Source of the DNA: Microbotryum violaceum
Taxonomy: Eukaryota
DNA: 64,000 nt
Assembly: GCA_001244265.2 (NCBI GenBank)
Contig: CDLV01000018.1
Span: forward strand, 248,001 to 312,000
Reading direction: 5' to 3'
This document shows, piece after piece, positions 10,155 through 22,680 of the stretch (its first letter is position 1; every line of letters starts with the position of its first letter). The notes below the pieces were generated by a model, which had not been told where the DNA came from, made no database searches, and saw nothing but the letters and a program-made list of their open reading frames with translations. Position numbers and translations under genes: made by a program.

Positions 10155-12413
10155 ATGGTCGAGAGGAGGCCCTCGGCCTCGACCTCGTCGAGTCATCCTA
10201 TCTCCCCCTTGCTAACCGCTATACTGGGGTCCAAGACGCGTGCGCATCCGTCGTCGTACCATTGCTTCATCGACTCGCCCTACGCCGCTGCCTCTAGTTC
10301 GACTTCTCAGTCATCCCAAAAAGTTTCCAAGAAGGGAAAACAGAGTGCATCGACTCCGGCTCCCTTGCGAGATGCGATTCCCGTGCGAACACTACACCAG
10401 AACCTCTTGACCTGGTTCGACACCGTTCGCGAAAAGCGACAAATGCCCTGGCGCAAAGACCTCATCATCGAAACTATGTCGACTTCGGAAAAGACTCAAC
10501 GCGCCTACGAAGTCTGGGTCTCGGAAATCATGCTCCAACAAACCCAAGTCGCCACCGTAATACCCTATTTCAACCGATGGCTTCTCGCGTTCCCTACCGT
10601 GGGTGATTTGGCGAAAGCGGATATCGAGAAGGTGAACGAGATTTGGAAAGGGTTGGGGTATTATTCGAGGGCGAGTCGATTGTTGGCGGGGGCAAAGACG
10701 GTGATGAGACAATTTGAAGGGAGGATACCCGCTACGGCGGAGGGGTTGGAGAGGATTGATGGGATTGGTCCTTATTCGGCGGGAGCGATTTCTTCCATCG
10801 CTTTTGGCAAGAGGGCGGCGATGGTTGATGGCAATGTGAATTATCGGACGTGTACACTCTCGGTCCCAATCCTACACTCAACTTACACACTTCCTCCATG
10901 GCACAGGTCACTCGAGTCCTCTCTCGCCTTACAGCCTTCCACGGCCCTTCAACAGCCAAAGCAACGACGACCTACATCTGGGCCCTCGCCGCAACGCTCG
11001 TACCACCGCAAACATCTCAGCTTCCCCAAGACTACGAACCCCTTTCAGTAGGAGGACCCAACAAGTCCGGTAGTTGGAATCAGGCATTGATGGAACTTGG
11101 GGCGACGATTTGTACGCCGAAACAACCCAAATGTGCCGAGTGCCCGCTCAAGGGGCAATGTTCTGCGTTTGCCGAAGTGGGTTGCGAGTGATGCTTGGGA
11201 TGCGATTCCTTAAAGTATCAACTGAAGTGGTTCTTGATCGCATTTCTTAACATAGGTACGCTACGCCCAAAGCCAACGACTTCAGCAACCCAAATCGCCT
11301 CGAAGAGAAGACGTAGGCGACATCGAAGACCTCTGCCAACTCTGTTCCCCGATCGAGAACTTTTCCCCGCGAACACACGACGTGATACAGTACCCCATGG
11401 CGAAAGAACGCAAAAAACCACGCGAGGAAGAGACCGCGGTGTGTATTCTCGAATGGCAACCAGAGGATCCGGAGAAAGAGAAGGAGGTTTTGATGTGTAA
11501 AAGACCGGAGAAAGGTGAGGGTCGTGCCAGATTTGTTAGGATGCCCGCGCCTTTCATTAGAGTGCTCATGCTTGAATGTCTTCATTTGTTCCTCATAGGT
11601 CTCTTGGCGGGTTTATTCGAATTTCCTTCGATTGACCTATCTCCCTCGTCCGAAGCATCGACATCTACTTTGCGTTGTAAACTTCTTCAACGATTATTGC
11701 AAACCCTCATCATCGACAGCCTTCCCTTCAACGCTTCCTCGTCTTCGACCTCCACAAGTCCACTCACTATCAAGCAAAATGACCCCCTCCCTCCGGCTGT
11801 CCAAGTCTATTCGCATATGATCAGGACGTATCACCCCATCAGGATTGTTATAACGAGTGCTCATAGGCCCCGTCTAGTCGAAGTTGAGTCGAAGTCGAAG
11901 ATAACCAAGAAACTACCGCGGAGGAAGAAGAAAGGAGCCTCGTGCTCCTCCGACGATGACGACGACGAAGAAGAAGAGGACTCAAAGAAGACGGAACTGA
12001 TGCAATCCATTCCTGGTCGAAGTAAGTGGATCGTCGCTTCGGAGGTGGAGAATGCGAACACGGGAGGGGCGAGTGATAAAATTTGGGGGATGAGGATGAA
12101 CGTTGAAAAGGGGTTGAAGGCTTTGAAGGGGAGTGAGAAAGGGAAGGGTGGGGGAGGGAAGGGGAAGGAGAAGGGGAAGGGGACTGGGAAGAAGGAGAAG
12201 GAGGTTGTGGGAGAAGGGAGCAAGCGCGAACAGGGTTTGATGAGAAATTGGTTGGTCAAGCCTACTGAGGGGAACAAGAGGAGGGGTGCGACAAAAGAGG
12301 AGGAGGAGGAGGTGGTGGTGGTGGATGAAGAGATCAAGGTGGTGGAGAGCAGTCCCGGGAAAGTGTATAAGAAGAGGAGAATCGTGATTGATAGTGATGA
12401 GGAGGACGAATGA
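10155..12413 (+). CDS. mutY: A/G-specific adenine DNA glycosylase (MutY/MUTYH)
   Basis: MPWR..., [25 protein letters not shown], Hh[23 protein letters not shown], Fe-S loop [33 protein letters not shown]-like [15 protein letters not shown]. Three introns. Confidence 0.95.
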
Positions 12414-13168
12414 ATGAATGCGCTTGGGATGATGTAGAATGATGTGGTAGTATGAGGATGAAAGACGGTAGTCACGAATCTTCGGACAGATCGATGAGAG
12501 AGGTTTGGAGTTTGTTTTGTTGTTGGGGGAGAAATAACGGTCGCAGGTTCTTGAATCTTCACACATGAACGAAGCGACATCTCGATGGGTTCGTCGTCCG
12601 GATTTCACGCCAGAGATGGATTCGATCGTGCATTTCCCTCGCGAATCTCATCTCGCCGCCGCCGATCCTTTTGGGAACTACTGACCAGGGTGCTCCTCGT
12701 ATTCACCTCGGATCAAGCTCGTTTCGAACCATCGACTTTACTTACGTACCTCCGAGGCTCAGTCCTTACACCTCACCTCCACTCCCTTGAGCCGCGTACT
12801 ATCGCCGATTCACGTGCACGTGCGGACTCGGAGTTGATCGGTCGCGAATTAAGTCCGGAATTGCGAAGCGACGAACCTCCCGTAGGCGTGTCTACGACTC
12901 CGGGAGGTGAGCTGCTCGACGTGGTATTGTTGCACCACCTTTGGGGATCCCGAGACCGTGTATACTAATTCAGGGTCTGCCCACTCGTTCCCTCCATTCT
13001 CCTTCCGTGCCCTGATACTAGTAGCACCCGCCCACTTTGGCGAACGCACGGTCCATTCGCCTATCTCCGTCGATCCCCATCTCGGCCAGGCTCACGTGTC
13101 GGACAACGGTCGTTGCGCATTGGATCAAGCGTCATCACTCAAGAAGGAACACTTCGATCTAACCCAGC

Positions 13169-15270
13169 ATGTCCGACGTCGCAACCGTCACCGCAGCCGC
13201 CGTTCCTTCCTCTAGGTCCGACACGGACAAAGCCCATCAAGTCGGCGGACTATTACGAGGACGAACCGAGTCTTCGTCCTCGCATGAACAGGATGAACTC
13301 ACTCAAGCGTTGGAGAAGAGTCTGGAGAAGAAGGTCTTGCGAAAGATCGATTTGTTGTTGATGCCGTGAGTTGCGGGGATGGGGGTTCGGTGGAAGTGGT
13401 TGTGGTTATGGGTTCGTGGGGGTAGGTATACCTTCGGGGCCTTGGACTGATCATTGTTTTTCTTGTCGCAGTACCTTGAGTATGAAAATTGGGTTACAGT
13501 ACTACGATAAAGCCGTGCTGAACTCGGCCAGTCTCTTTGGAACCATCAAAGACTTGGTGAGGACTCACGACGCTCACTGGAGTTGAGAAAAGCTTGACTC
13601 ACCCAAGCACCTTTCGTGTTTCGCAGCACCTCTCTACAAGACATAACGGCGTCACTTCGACACTACGATACTCAACTGCCAACTCGGCCTTCTACTGGGG
13701 TTACATTGTCGCTGTCGTACCGTTCGCACTCTTGCTGCAACGGTTCCCTACGGCCAAGATCCTCTCGCTATGCATGTGCGTTACGATCGTGGTTATAGTA
13801 CTCGTGCACGCTCACGAACCTAGTGCTACCCCAGCAACTCAAAGCTTCTTGTGGGGTGTCGTATGCATTCTCACCGTCGTCGTCAAGTCTTATGAGGGTC
13901 TAGTAGCGCAGCGCGTGGTATTGGGTGCGCTCGAGTCGTCGGTCTCACCTGGCTTTGTGCTCATCACGGGGCAGTGGTATCGCAAGTCCGAACAAGCGAC
14001 TCGATTAGGTGAGTCTCGACACTGTGATCTATGTGGAATATTGATGTTCATCTTTCCTGACCTTTTCCAGGTATCTGGTACTCCGCAACCGGAATATTCA
14101 ACGTCTTCTCCGGTGTGATCAACTACGGCCTCGGATCCGCGGGAGGGGGGTCACTCGCGCCCTGGAAGTACATGTACCTCTTCGCCGGCGCCTGGACCAT
14201 TCTCTGGGCCTTCGTAGGCCTCTACTTCATTCCCGACTCACCTCAAGATTCTCACCGATGGTTTAACGAAGAAGAGCGTCGGATCCTGCTCGCTCGTTCT
14301 CGCAAGAATAGAACGGGGGTTCAAATGGAGTCATGCGAGGGAAGCCGCGACGGATGTCAAATTGTACCTCTACCTCCTCATCTCCTCCGCCATATACGTA
14401 TGCAACGGTGGTGTAACGGCGTTCGAAGCTCGAATCGTCAATTCCTTCGGATACTCACCATTGAATACTATTATATTGCTCATCCCTGGTGGCGTATTTA
14501 CGATGGTGACGATTTACCTCTTTACTTGGCTCGCGGGGAGGTGGAAGAACTCGATCACGTATTTGATCCCGATCAGTTGTGTGCCGATCGTGATGGGAAG
14601 TTTGGTGATTTGGTTGGCGTCGTGGAAACATAGAGGGGTGCCGTTGTTTGGATGTGAGTTTTGGCAAGCCGGGGGTGAGGAGAGTTGATGAGGTGTCCGG
14701 TCAATTGCTCATCTGCCCTCTTTCCTCTGCAGATTATCTCATCCCATGCTTCGGCGCACCGTGAGCCGCCAAGCATGATGATAGCTCCTTTTTACTCGAT
14801 TGACGGGTTGGGTTATCCTGCGTTGACACACAGATACGTCCTTCTGCTCGCGACCTCGACGGCCAACATTGACGGGTCGACCAAAAAGGCCATCGCGGCG
14901 GGTTTCATCTTCATTGGGTACAATGTCGGGAAGTACGTCTGATACACCGCCTGGTCATTCGGGGGAAAAAAAAAACTTGATTCGTTCTCTGGTTCCCCTG
15001 ACTGACCACAGCATCGTCGGCCCTTACCTCGTCTTCACGCCCGACCGCATACACAAGTACCGTAAAACTTGGATCTCCCTCCTCGTTTACATGTGCGTTG
15101 CGTCAGTCCTTTCTCTTACCCTGAGGTATGTCATGGTGAGGGAGAATAGGGAGCGGGATCGAGAGGCTGCTAGTAGGGGGGAGAAGGAGGAGGAGAAGGA
15201 CAGTTGGGAGCAAGGGGAGGAGAGGGATTACACGGATGGGGAGGAGAGGGGTTTTCGGTACCCGCTATAG
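13169..15270 (+). CDS. MFS anion:cation symporter, allantoate/DAL5-like; contains an apparent frameshift at ~14318 (possible pseudogene)
   Basis: EKKVLRKIDLLLMP, LQYYDKAVLNSASLFG, YSTANSAFYWGY, RVVLGALESSVSPGF..ITGQWYRKSEQATRLG.WYS, WKYMYLFAG, TKKAIAAGFIFIGYNVG, ENRERD and DYTDGEERGFRYPL* are typical of fungal ACS/DAL5 permeases. Confidence 0.88.
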
Positions 15271-15515
15271 AATGTGGGGATGTGCGATAAATATCAGAAA
15301 ATTGTGCTATACGGAGGAATTGAAATTGGACGTGTATTTTGACTGGCCCAAAGTGCTAATTCCCGACTACTGGGTCCAAGCTCGAAAGCGAGGCCTAACA
15401 AGCTTAAGAGGGTCTGACGTGGCGGCCACTCACTCGCTTCTCGCTCCGACATCCACCCGGCGCGTTCGACGCCCCCAACCCCGCGAGCTAGGTGGCATCT
15501 GATCGCAGCCACGCC

Positions 15516-18280
15516 ATGCTACCGTGGAGTCGAGCGTCCAACTCGCGCCAGAGCTCGACCGATGAAGGTGCTACTGCTTCCCCGTCCCCGGACAACACCA
15601 GCAGCAGCTCGTCCTCTGTGCTCCCCACATCGACCTTGACCTCGACCTCGTCCGACTCGTACCCGCATTCTCCCCCATCGCACCCACCCTCCTCCTCCTC
15701 TTCCGGAACAAGACCTTCAACCTACCTAGCCCAACACCATCGCAATCCCTCCTCGACTCGCGCGCCGTCTTTTGCGCCTCCCACGAGTGAATTCCGACGT
15801 GCTGGGGTAGGTTCATCGAGCAAGAGTGACGCCCACGCGATCGCGACGGACAATGATCCCTGGGAGGAACAAACCGATGAGGAGGATGATACGATCGCTT
15901 CGATAAGGAGGAACGTGCAGGGATCTTTGAACGTGTCTTCTGCTTCGGGATCGGGATCGGGAGGCAACAAGCACAAGGAACGTTCGAGCTCACCACCTGG
16001 TGCCGTTGGGAGTGGGGGATCGGTCGGAGCATCAGGAGGAGGAGGCGGTTCATGGTCTTTCAATCCTTTCAGTATCGTCAGTGGGGCAAGTAGCAAGATC
16101 CATACCCAAGCGCAGGACGACTCGCATGCCCCAACACAGCGTGCAGGACCGGACGCCGTCGCCGCCGCTCTCAATAGCGTAGGCAGGGGTCGACCGCCTC
16201 CAACTCCCATGACGACGGGAACGACGACGATTTCATCTTCGTCCGTTCCGGGGTCGAGAGGGGCCAAGAGATCGGTCAGCTATCTTGCTACGGCTTCCAA
16301 GGTTCAGGCTGAGGCGGATGAGAAGATTGACGAAGCAGCGAGGGAACGGAAGGCTTCGGCAACAAGTCACAAAGGCGGCTCAACATCATTGACATCGCCA
16401 CCCACAACATCGCCATCGACATCGCCACCCACAACAGTCGATGCTCCACCGAATGCGAGTGATGAACCTAGGGCGAATGTCCCAGAGGATGGCGTCGAGG
16501 AAGAGGAAGAGACGGAGGCGACGAGGGCCAAGCAGAGTTCGACGTGTCGGATCGAGCAGTGTCGACGGCATATCCGACCCGAGGTCGATGACATTGTACG
16601 AGGTATGGTTCTTGCCGGAGGGGTTTCACTTGTGTTTTAGGCCGTTGTATTCGTATCAATCTGATGTGGTACGTCGCCCTACCAGACCCCATCTCCGTCC
16701 TTGGTCGCCTAGCCGAACCCCCGCCTCCCCCACCTCCAGACTCGCCCATGCAACCGCGCAAGTCAACCTCCTCAATCGGAGACAGATCCGCTGCCGTTCC
16801 CCAGATAGGCGGGGACGATGAAGACGACGACGAGGAGGAGGATCCTGCCAAGGGTTACATTCAGCTCGATGCTACCAACATTAGTTCTGGGGGTCCCGAG
16901 ATTGTTGAGTTCAATAGGGTTGAGGATCCGGAGGAGAACGGGGAGCTGGGGAGGGAGCGGAGGAGGAGGCGCAAGTTTGTTGAATGTCTCGGAGCGGAAA
17001 CGGTCGATTTGGGTGCGTTTACATGGTCTTGAGGTGCTCTGCATTGATGTCCTGACTCATTTTCACCTTCTTCCCAGCTGCGCTGAGGACCTTGGCCTGG
17101 GCTGGGATACCGGATGAGCTGCGACCGATGGCGTGGCAACTCTTGATGGGGTACATGCCCGCACCTTCGGCTCGACGCGTCTCGACCCTAGCGAGGAAAC
17201 GACAAGAGTACGCCGATGCGGTCCGACTCGCCTTCTCCCGTGGCGTCAAAGGACTCGACGGACCCATCTGGCACCAAATCAGCATCGATGTACCTCGGAC
17301 CAACCCCGGTATTCAGTTATGGCAATGCGAAGGCACGCAAAGGGTCAGTTGAATCCATAATTTATTCCAGCTCGCCGCATAGGAGCTGACCAGTGTTCGA
17401 AATGGGTTGACAGAGTCTCGAGAGGATCCTTTACGTTTGGGCAATTCGCCATCCCGCGAGTGGGTACGTCCAGGGGATCAATGATCTCGTTACACCCTTC
17501 TTTCAGGTCTTTTTGTCGTCTTATATCGGTAAGTCGCCAATGATTCTCGGATGCGGCAGAAGCCTTGCACATGACTGATGGTGCCCTTGGCCCAATCAGA
17601 CTCGGATCCCGAAGCATACGACGTTGCGGCCCTCCCTCCGGCGGTATTGGAAGCGCTTGAAGCGGATTCGTTCTGGTGCTTGTCCAAATTGCTCGACGGA
17701 ATTCAGGACAATTATATATTTGCGCAGCCGGGGATCACAAGACAAGTCGCGAGGATGAAGGAGTTATGTGCGCGTGTTGATGGCGAGTCTCTTACCACGA
17801 AGGAGATTGGCAACACGTTGGGGAGTTGAGCTGATCCGAAAGTGGACCATTTTCTACCATCAGCCCCTCTCGCTCACCACCTGGAAGAAAACTCGGTTGA
17901 ATTCATCCAATTCGCTTTCAGGTGGATGAACTGCCTGCTCATGCGTGAAATGTCGGTCAAGAACATCGTGCGCATGTGGGATACCTACCTCGCCGAAGGG
18001 CAGGATGCCTTCTCCGAATTTCATCTCTATGTCTGTTTGGCGTTTTTGGTGCGATGGAGCGATCGGTTGAGGGAGATGGATTTTCAGGTGCGTTCTTGAT
18101 GACTCAATAGACTCCAGACGAGGTGGCGTAGGATGGGGCTTGATTCCCATGGGGTACCTGATCGCACAGTCCATCATCATGTTCTTGCAATCGTTGCCGA
18201 CGCAACAATGGAGCGATAAGAATACAGAGTTACTGCTCTCGGAGGCTTTCATGTGGTCGAGGACGTTCGTTGCTAGATGA
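15516..18280 (+). CDS. GYP1: TBC-domain Rab GTPase-activating protein, Gyp1/TBC1D22 type, with long low-complexity N-terminus
   Basis: LAWAGIPDELRPMAWQLLMGY, QISIDVPRTNP, ILYVWAIRHPASGYVQGINDLVTPF, EADSFWCLSKLLDGIQDNY, QFAFRWMNCLLMRE, RMWDTYLAE, FLQSLPTQQW..ELLLSEAF. Confidence 0.93.
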
Positions 18281-20329
18281 GTGCAGGGGAGCGTTTCGTT
18301 GCAACGGAGAAGGTGATTGTGAAACCAATTGATTCTGATTCGCTTAAACGAGAGTTCGGGCCCCGCGCGACGAACTTGAGGTATGTATTGCACTCCATGC
18401 CTAAGGATGAAAGGCGAACTCGGAATATAGACCAAGCGTCTGTACTGCTTCCTTCCGCCCCATCCTGCCTTTCATCCTAACCAATTCGCCAGCCACCGCG
18501 CTCCTACGCCGTTTATTCCACCGATTCGACGATGGTGCAACAGCCTTGCATACAGCAGCTCTTCCTCTTCCTCTTCCTCTTCTTCTTATCGCCGACGCCG
18601 TCGCTGCAAGTGGTCACCTGCTGGGAAGCGTTTCCACTTGTTTTCCGAGGGTATTGAAAGGTTATGATCGCCCAGAATCAGCCGACTAGCTGAACAGCTA
18701 TTCGCAGTTTTCTGCCGCGGTTTTCTGAATTGGACTCACGGGGGGTTGTACACATACGTCCCGTCAGAGTCACATCTGTGGAGACACGTTACGAGGATGG
18801 TGACTCTCTTGCACGGGATATTGTTGAAGCTACAAGCGGCGTAGCATTCGCTTTGGATCGTGATGGATGGTATGCAAGAGTTAGTTCATGACGAAGTCGC
18901 CGGTTCAGATCAATCGACGATGGAAATCTTACGCGCCGTCCTTCCCGGGCTGACCGTCGCACTTTTTCATGCAGTCGCTGGAGGGTGCCGAGATAGTCCG
19001 TCTCAGTATGGAGGTCTTATCTCATCGGGTTGAACGGTGCACACACTAGTGTTGCTAGTAGCACCGCTGCCGTAACATCCATCGCGAACACCAACCTACT
19101 CCCCGGGAGAAAGCGGTCTATCTTACCTGCAGACGGGGTTCATATGGCGAACAGCAGCACAACTATATGGCAAGATCAGGCATTGTAAGTAGGTCATATT
19201 ATCAGTCTTTGATTCGGGGAATTCCTCGAGTGAACGGATCGTCGTCAAGGCGGTTTGGTCTCACTCACGTCCCCGGGTTCTCACGCAGGGCGCCCGGGGG
19301 CCATTTTCTCGACAGGGTCGAAACGATGAGGCAACAAATGACGAGGAAAAGAAGTGTAGCACGCATCTGAATGGTCGAGACTAGACTTTCGGAGCATGGA
19401 TTTGGTGACGAGTAAGAAGAGAAGAGCCAGGGCGGGATGTCCAAAGTGGGCGTATGTTTAGGAAGTGAGGGTAGTGTCTCACCGCACGGACGCTACTCTG
19501 ATTCAGTTCCGACCCCTTTTCCGTCGGTGAATTTTGCCGGCCGTTGCAAGCTCAATCAACGGTCGGGCCCGGGCCCATCGGGCGGGACTTTTCCGCAGCC
19601 GCCCTTCGGCTGTCTGAAAAGACACGGATACTTGTGCATCCGCACCGCTGGGCGACTGAGTCATTTGCGTCTACTTCAAGTGCTCCCGTGGTGATCATGT
19701 ACTTACTTCCGGAGCTATAGATTTGATTAACGCGCCCCCGGAGGGGGCGACGGGTCCCTGAACCTCTGACGGAGTAACACCGACTGACAGCGTCAGCTAG
19801 TATTACTAAGAACGTACCATGGAACGGGTATGCAGCACCGAGTTCCTGAGTCAATTCGGCTCACATGAATGAGGCGTGTAAATGTGCCAAACGTTAATGA
19901 ACATTGCAGACAACGAGATCGAGCCAGAGCCAGGGTGTAAATGCACAAGTTGAGGTCACTCGACATCGCCCATGTCACAGTCCGCGTCTGGACGAGTTTG
20001 TGTTCGCATGTGGTCGTCAGCGCCGGGGACCCACATCGCGCGTTCACCGAAGTCAGCTATAAGAAGTGGTTTCAGTTGACGTTGAGAGATCGGGACTTCC
20101 GGGAGCGACTTGGGCGCAAGACGGCCTGGCTCGGCTAGGCGCGGTGAATGTGTCCACCGCTGAGAGACATGGGAATCAAATGGCATGGAGTGTCAGTACT
20201 CCCCCACAGATCTTTCACAGTGGGAAGAGCGTTGCAACCCAGGATTGGATGACTTTTTGTCGTTGGCCTAAACGGTATCTGCTTGGTCGAGAAACTTGTC
20301 CCTGATGCGCCCAAAGCTGTGAGATACCT

Positions 20330-22600
20330 CCTCATCGCAACGGTGAGTGTAAATCTGCCAGGTTGACGGTGACGAAGAGGGTGTACATACTGCACACGTT
20401 GACGTTTCCGCGGATCTCATTCCTCATGTCGAGCATCTGCGCAGTTGTGCCTTGAATTTTGTCTCCGACATTTTGCAATTCCGCCAGAATACGGTTGATA
20501 TGCTTCTCTGCTTCTGTTGTTGCCTTGTACCTTTTCGTGTCCTTAGATTTCTTGATCATTTCAGCCAAAACATCCAGGTCGATTTCGAGCTGTGCTGTTG
20601 CGATTCGCGCCACCTTCTCTTTGGGGACCCGAAAAGCGAGTTGGCGAAACACTTCTCGTCGACGGAGCATGTTCGAGACGATGAATGGGAAAGACGGGTC
20701 GCATCGAAATCGCTGTCGTAGAGATTGAGCAAATGGTTGACTTGCTCGTCCAGAGAAGCCTTGAGGTTGCGCTCGATACAGAAACCGACGAGACCAAATG
20801 GATCGAGGTGTGGCCACAGCTTTGAGAGCACGAGCTCGTCCGAGGGTTCCCACAAAGGTGCGTCGCCTGTCGGAATGACATAGGTGGGCTTGTCCTGGTT
20901 GAGATAAAGGAGAACTTTCTCAAAGAGCAGCCATGAGTGAATTGGTTCGTCGGTAGGGGGTGGCAGCACATGGACGTGTTCGAATACTGGTTCATCAGAG
21001 TCGTTATGCAGTGCGTTGTTGCGTAGCCTTCAAAGAGCGATGATGTTGGTTCCACTGTCTCTGCGTCACCACATTCGCCGAAACTACGTCGGGCACGAGA
21101 CCGTCTCCATCAGCTATTTGTCGATACGATACTTGGGGAGCAACCCAGACGGAAGCCGAAGTCGAAGTGGTTGAAGCTGAAACCGCCGTAGAAGCTGGAT
21201 AGGTCGGGTTGAGCGCACCCGCCCGAGCCGGAACTGCGTCGAACGAGCTGTGCAATCGCCATCAAAGTTGCTTTCGTTGATCAACCACCTGAGCATCTTT
21301 TGGATCCGACTCTGCTTCACGATTATGGGTCGATACTTGTCCAGCTCCGCAAGGTTGGGGTTCCCTCCGCAGAATAAAACGTAAACACTGTCAGCGAATT
21401 CCTCGACGGACATGGGCAGTACATCGGTGAACGAGCGGTGTTCTGGCTGAAGATGAGGGTGTTTCCGCGCGTAAGTTCTTGTTGAGCTTTGGGATATCCG
21501 AAACGAGTTAGCTTGTACACCATCTTGTAGGCTCTGGCGCGCGCAGTGCCGAGGTGCTCAAGCTGACTCGCGTTGGAGAAGCAATCTCGGACATCAGCGG
21601 GGACGTGATCCAGTGCGCGATAAAACCCGTTGCTCAACGACCGAGGGGGCTTAGTCGGTGGCCCTGTGGTAGGGAACGACCGTTTGAAGCAGTATGGACA
21701 GAGTGAGCACTGAAGCGTGTTGTTCGTGGGCGAGTACGCGATCTGATCGATTAAATCGCTCGGTCGATGGAGACGTCGGGGATGGATGAGTGCGCCCCGT
21801 CAAGCTGAACACTGCAATCGCAAGTCGGAGGTCCGTCCGTAGTGTAGAGTTGGTTAATTCCCTCCAAATCCCTGATTCCTCACGCTTGATGTCGTCTTCA
21901 TGCACCCATCGTACGTTATGCCCGAAGACTCTCACGGAACACATCAGGCAGCAGAAGAGACGGGAACGAGCGTCGATGAAGTAATCATTCCATTCGGAAC
22001 GGTTCTCGGTGTTGAATTGATCGGATGCTGGCGCAAAATACGATGTCACTTTACCGGGATCTTCTTGTGCGGGTTCGGGATGCAGCGGTGGACGTCTGTG
22101 CAGCATTTGTTCGGAGTCAGTCGCTGAGACGTTCTCGCGATTCTTCTGGACTTCCTCGTTCAGTCAGGCTCGAAGCACGTCAACAGGTTTTGACGCGTAT
22201 GCTCTATGGTCGGAGAAGCAATGACGACGTGGCCGAGTCACGGGACTCGCCGCTTGTTGCCTTCTGAAAACATACCCATTTGAACAAGCATTACAGTTGG
22301 GATCGCACGACCAAAGGAGCGCTTGTAGGGATAGCTCTTTCGCAAGCGGGTTCCTCCAGGACTATCCTTCCACGTGATGCGCCCGAAAAAGCTCCTTCAG
22401 GAGATCCATGCTGAAGTTGATGCTGCTGCGCACGAGCTGCCCAAGACTGCATTTGTCAACCACATCATCGAGTGCTGACACTGAACTGTTGCGTAAGAGC
22501 GGACCGGAATACACATACATAATGCCCGGGGCGCTTAGGCGGGGTCCTCCTGTCCGGGGGAGCAATGTTCTAACCAATCGGCGCTGAAATCAGGCTCCCC
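20330..22600 (-). mobile_element. Decayed Helitron (Helitron2/Helentron-like) RepHel N-terminal region; frameshifted and truncated
   Basis: Frameshifted fragments in order: CxxC (FCCLMCS); DUF6570-like SNGFY...VP....E...ARAR...YKL...Q..TRGNTLIFSQ and DSVYVLFCG...V....I..ML.WL; then Helitron_like_N RFRCDPSFPFIVSNMLRRR...KIQGT...MRNEIR....LFVTVNLADLHSP (Rep motif 1). No HUH motif 2 or PIF1 helicase follows. Boundaries approximate. Confidence 0.8.
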
Positions 22601-22680
22601 TATTGCACTCTTAGGCAGGGTCCTCCTATCCGGGGTAGCATTGTTCGCACCAATCGGCGCTGAAATCGGACTCTCCTATG
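22533..22680. repeat. Imperfect direct tandem duplication (~76-bp unit x2) at the 5' side of the Helitron remnant
   Basis: CTTAGGC(G/A)GGGTCCTCCT(G/A)TCCGGGG..AGCA(A/T)TGTTC...ACCAATCGGCGCTGAAATC.G.CTC.CCTAT occurs twice in succession. Confidence 0.85.

Noticed and set aside
11861-12608. Long antisense ORFs over the MutY 3' end (and similar ones over GYP1, the bromodomain gene and the permease)
   Set aside because: Shadow frames of purine-rich or GC-rich coding sequence, with no independent motifs.
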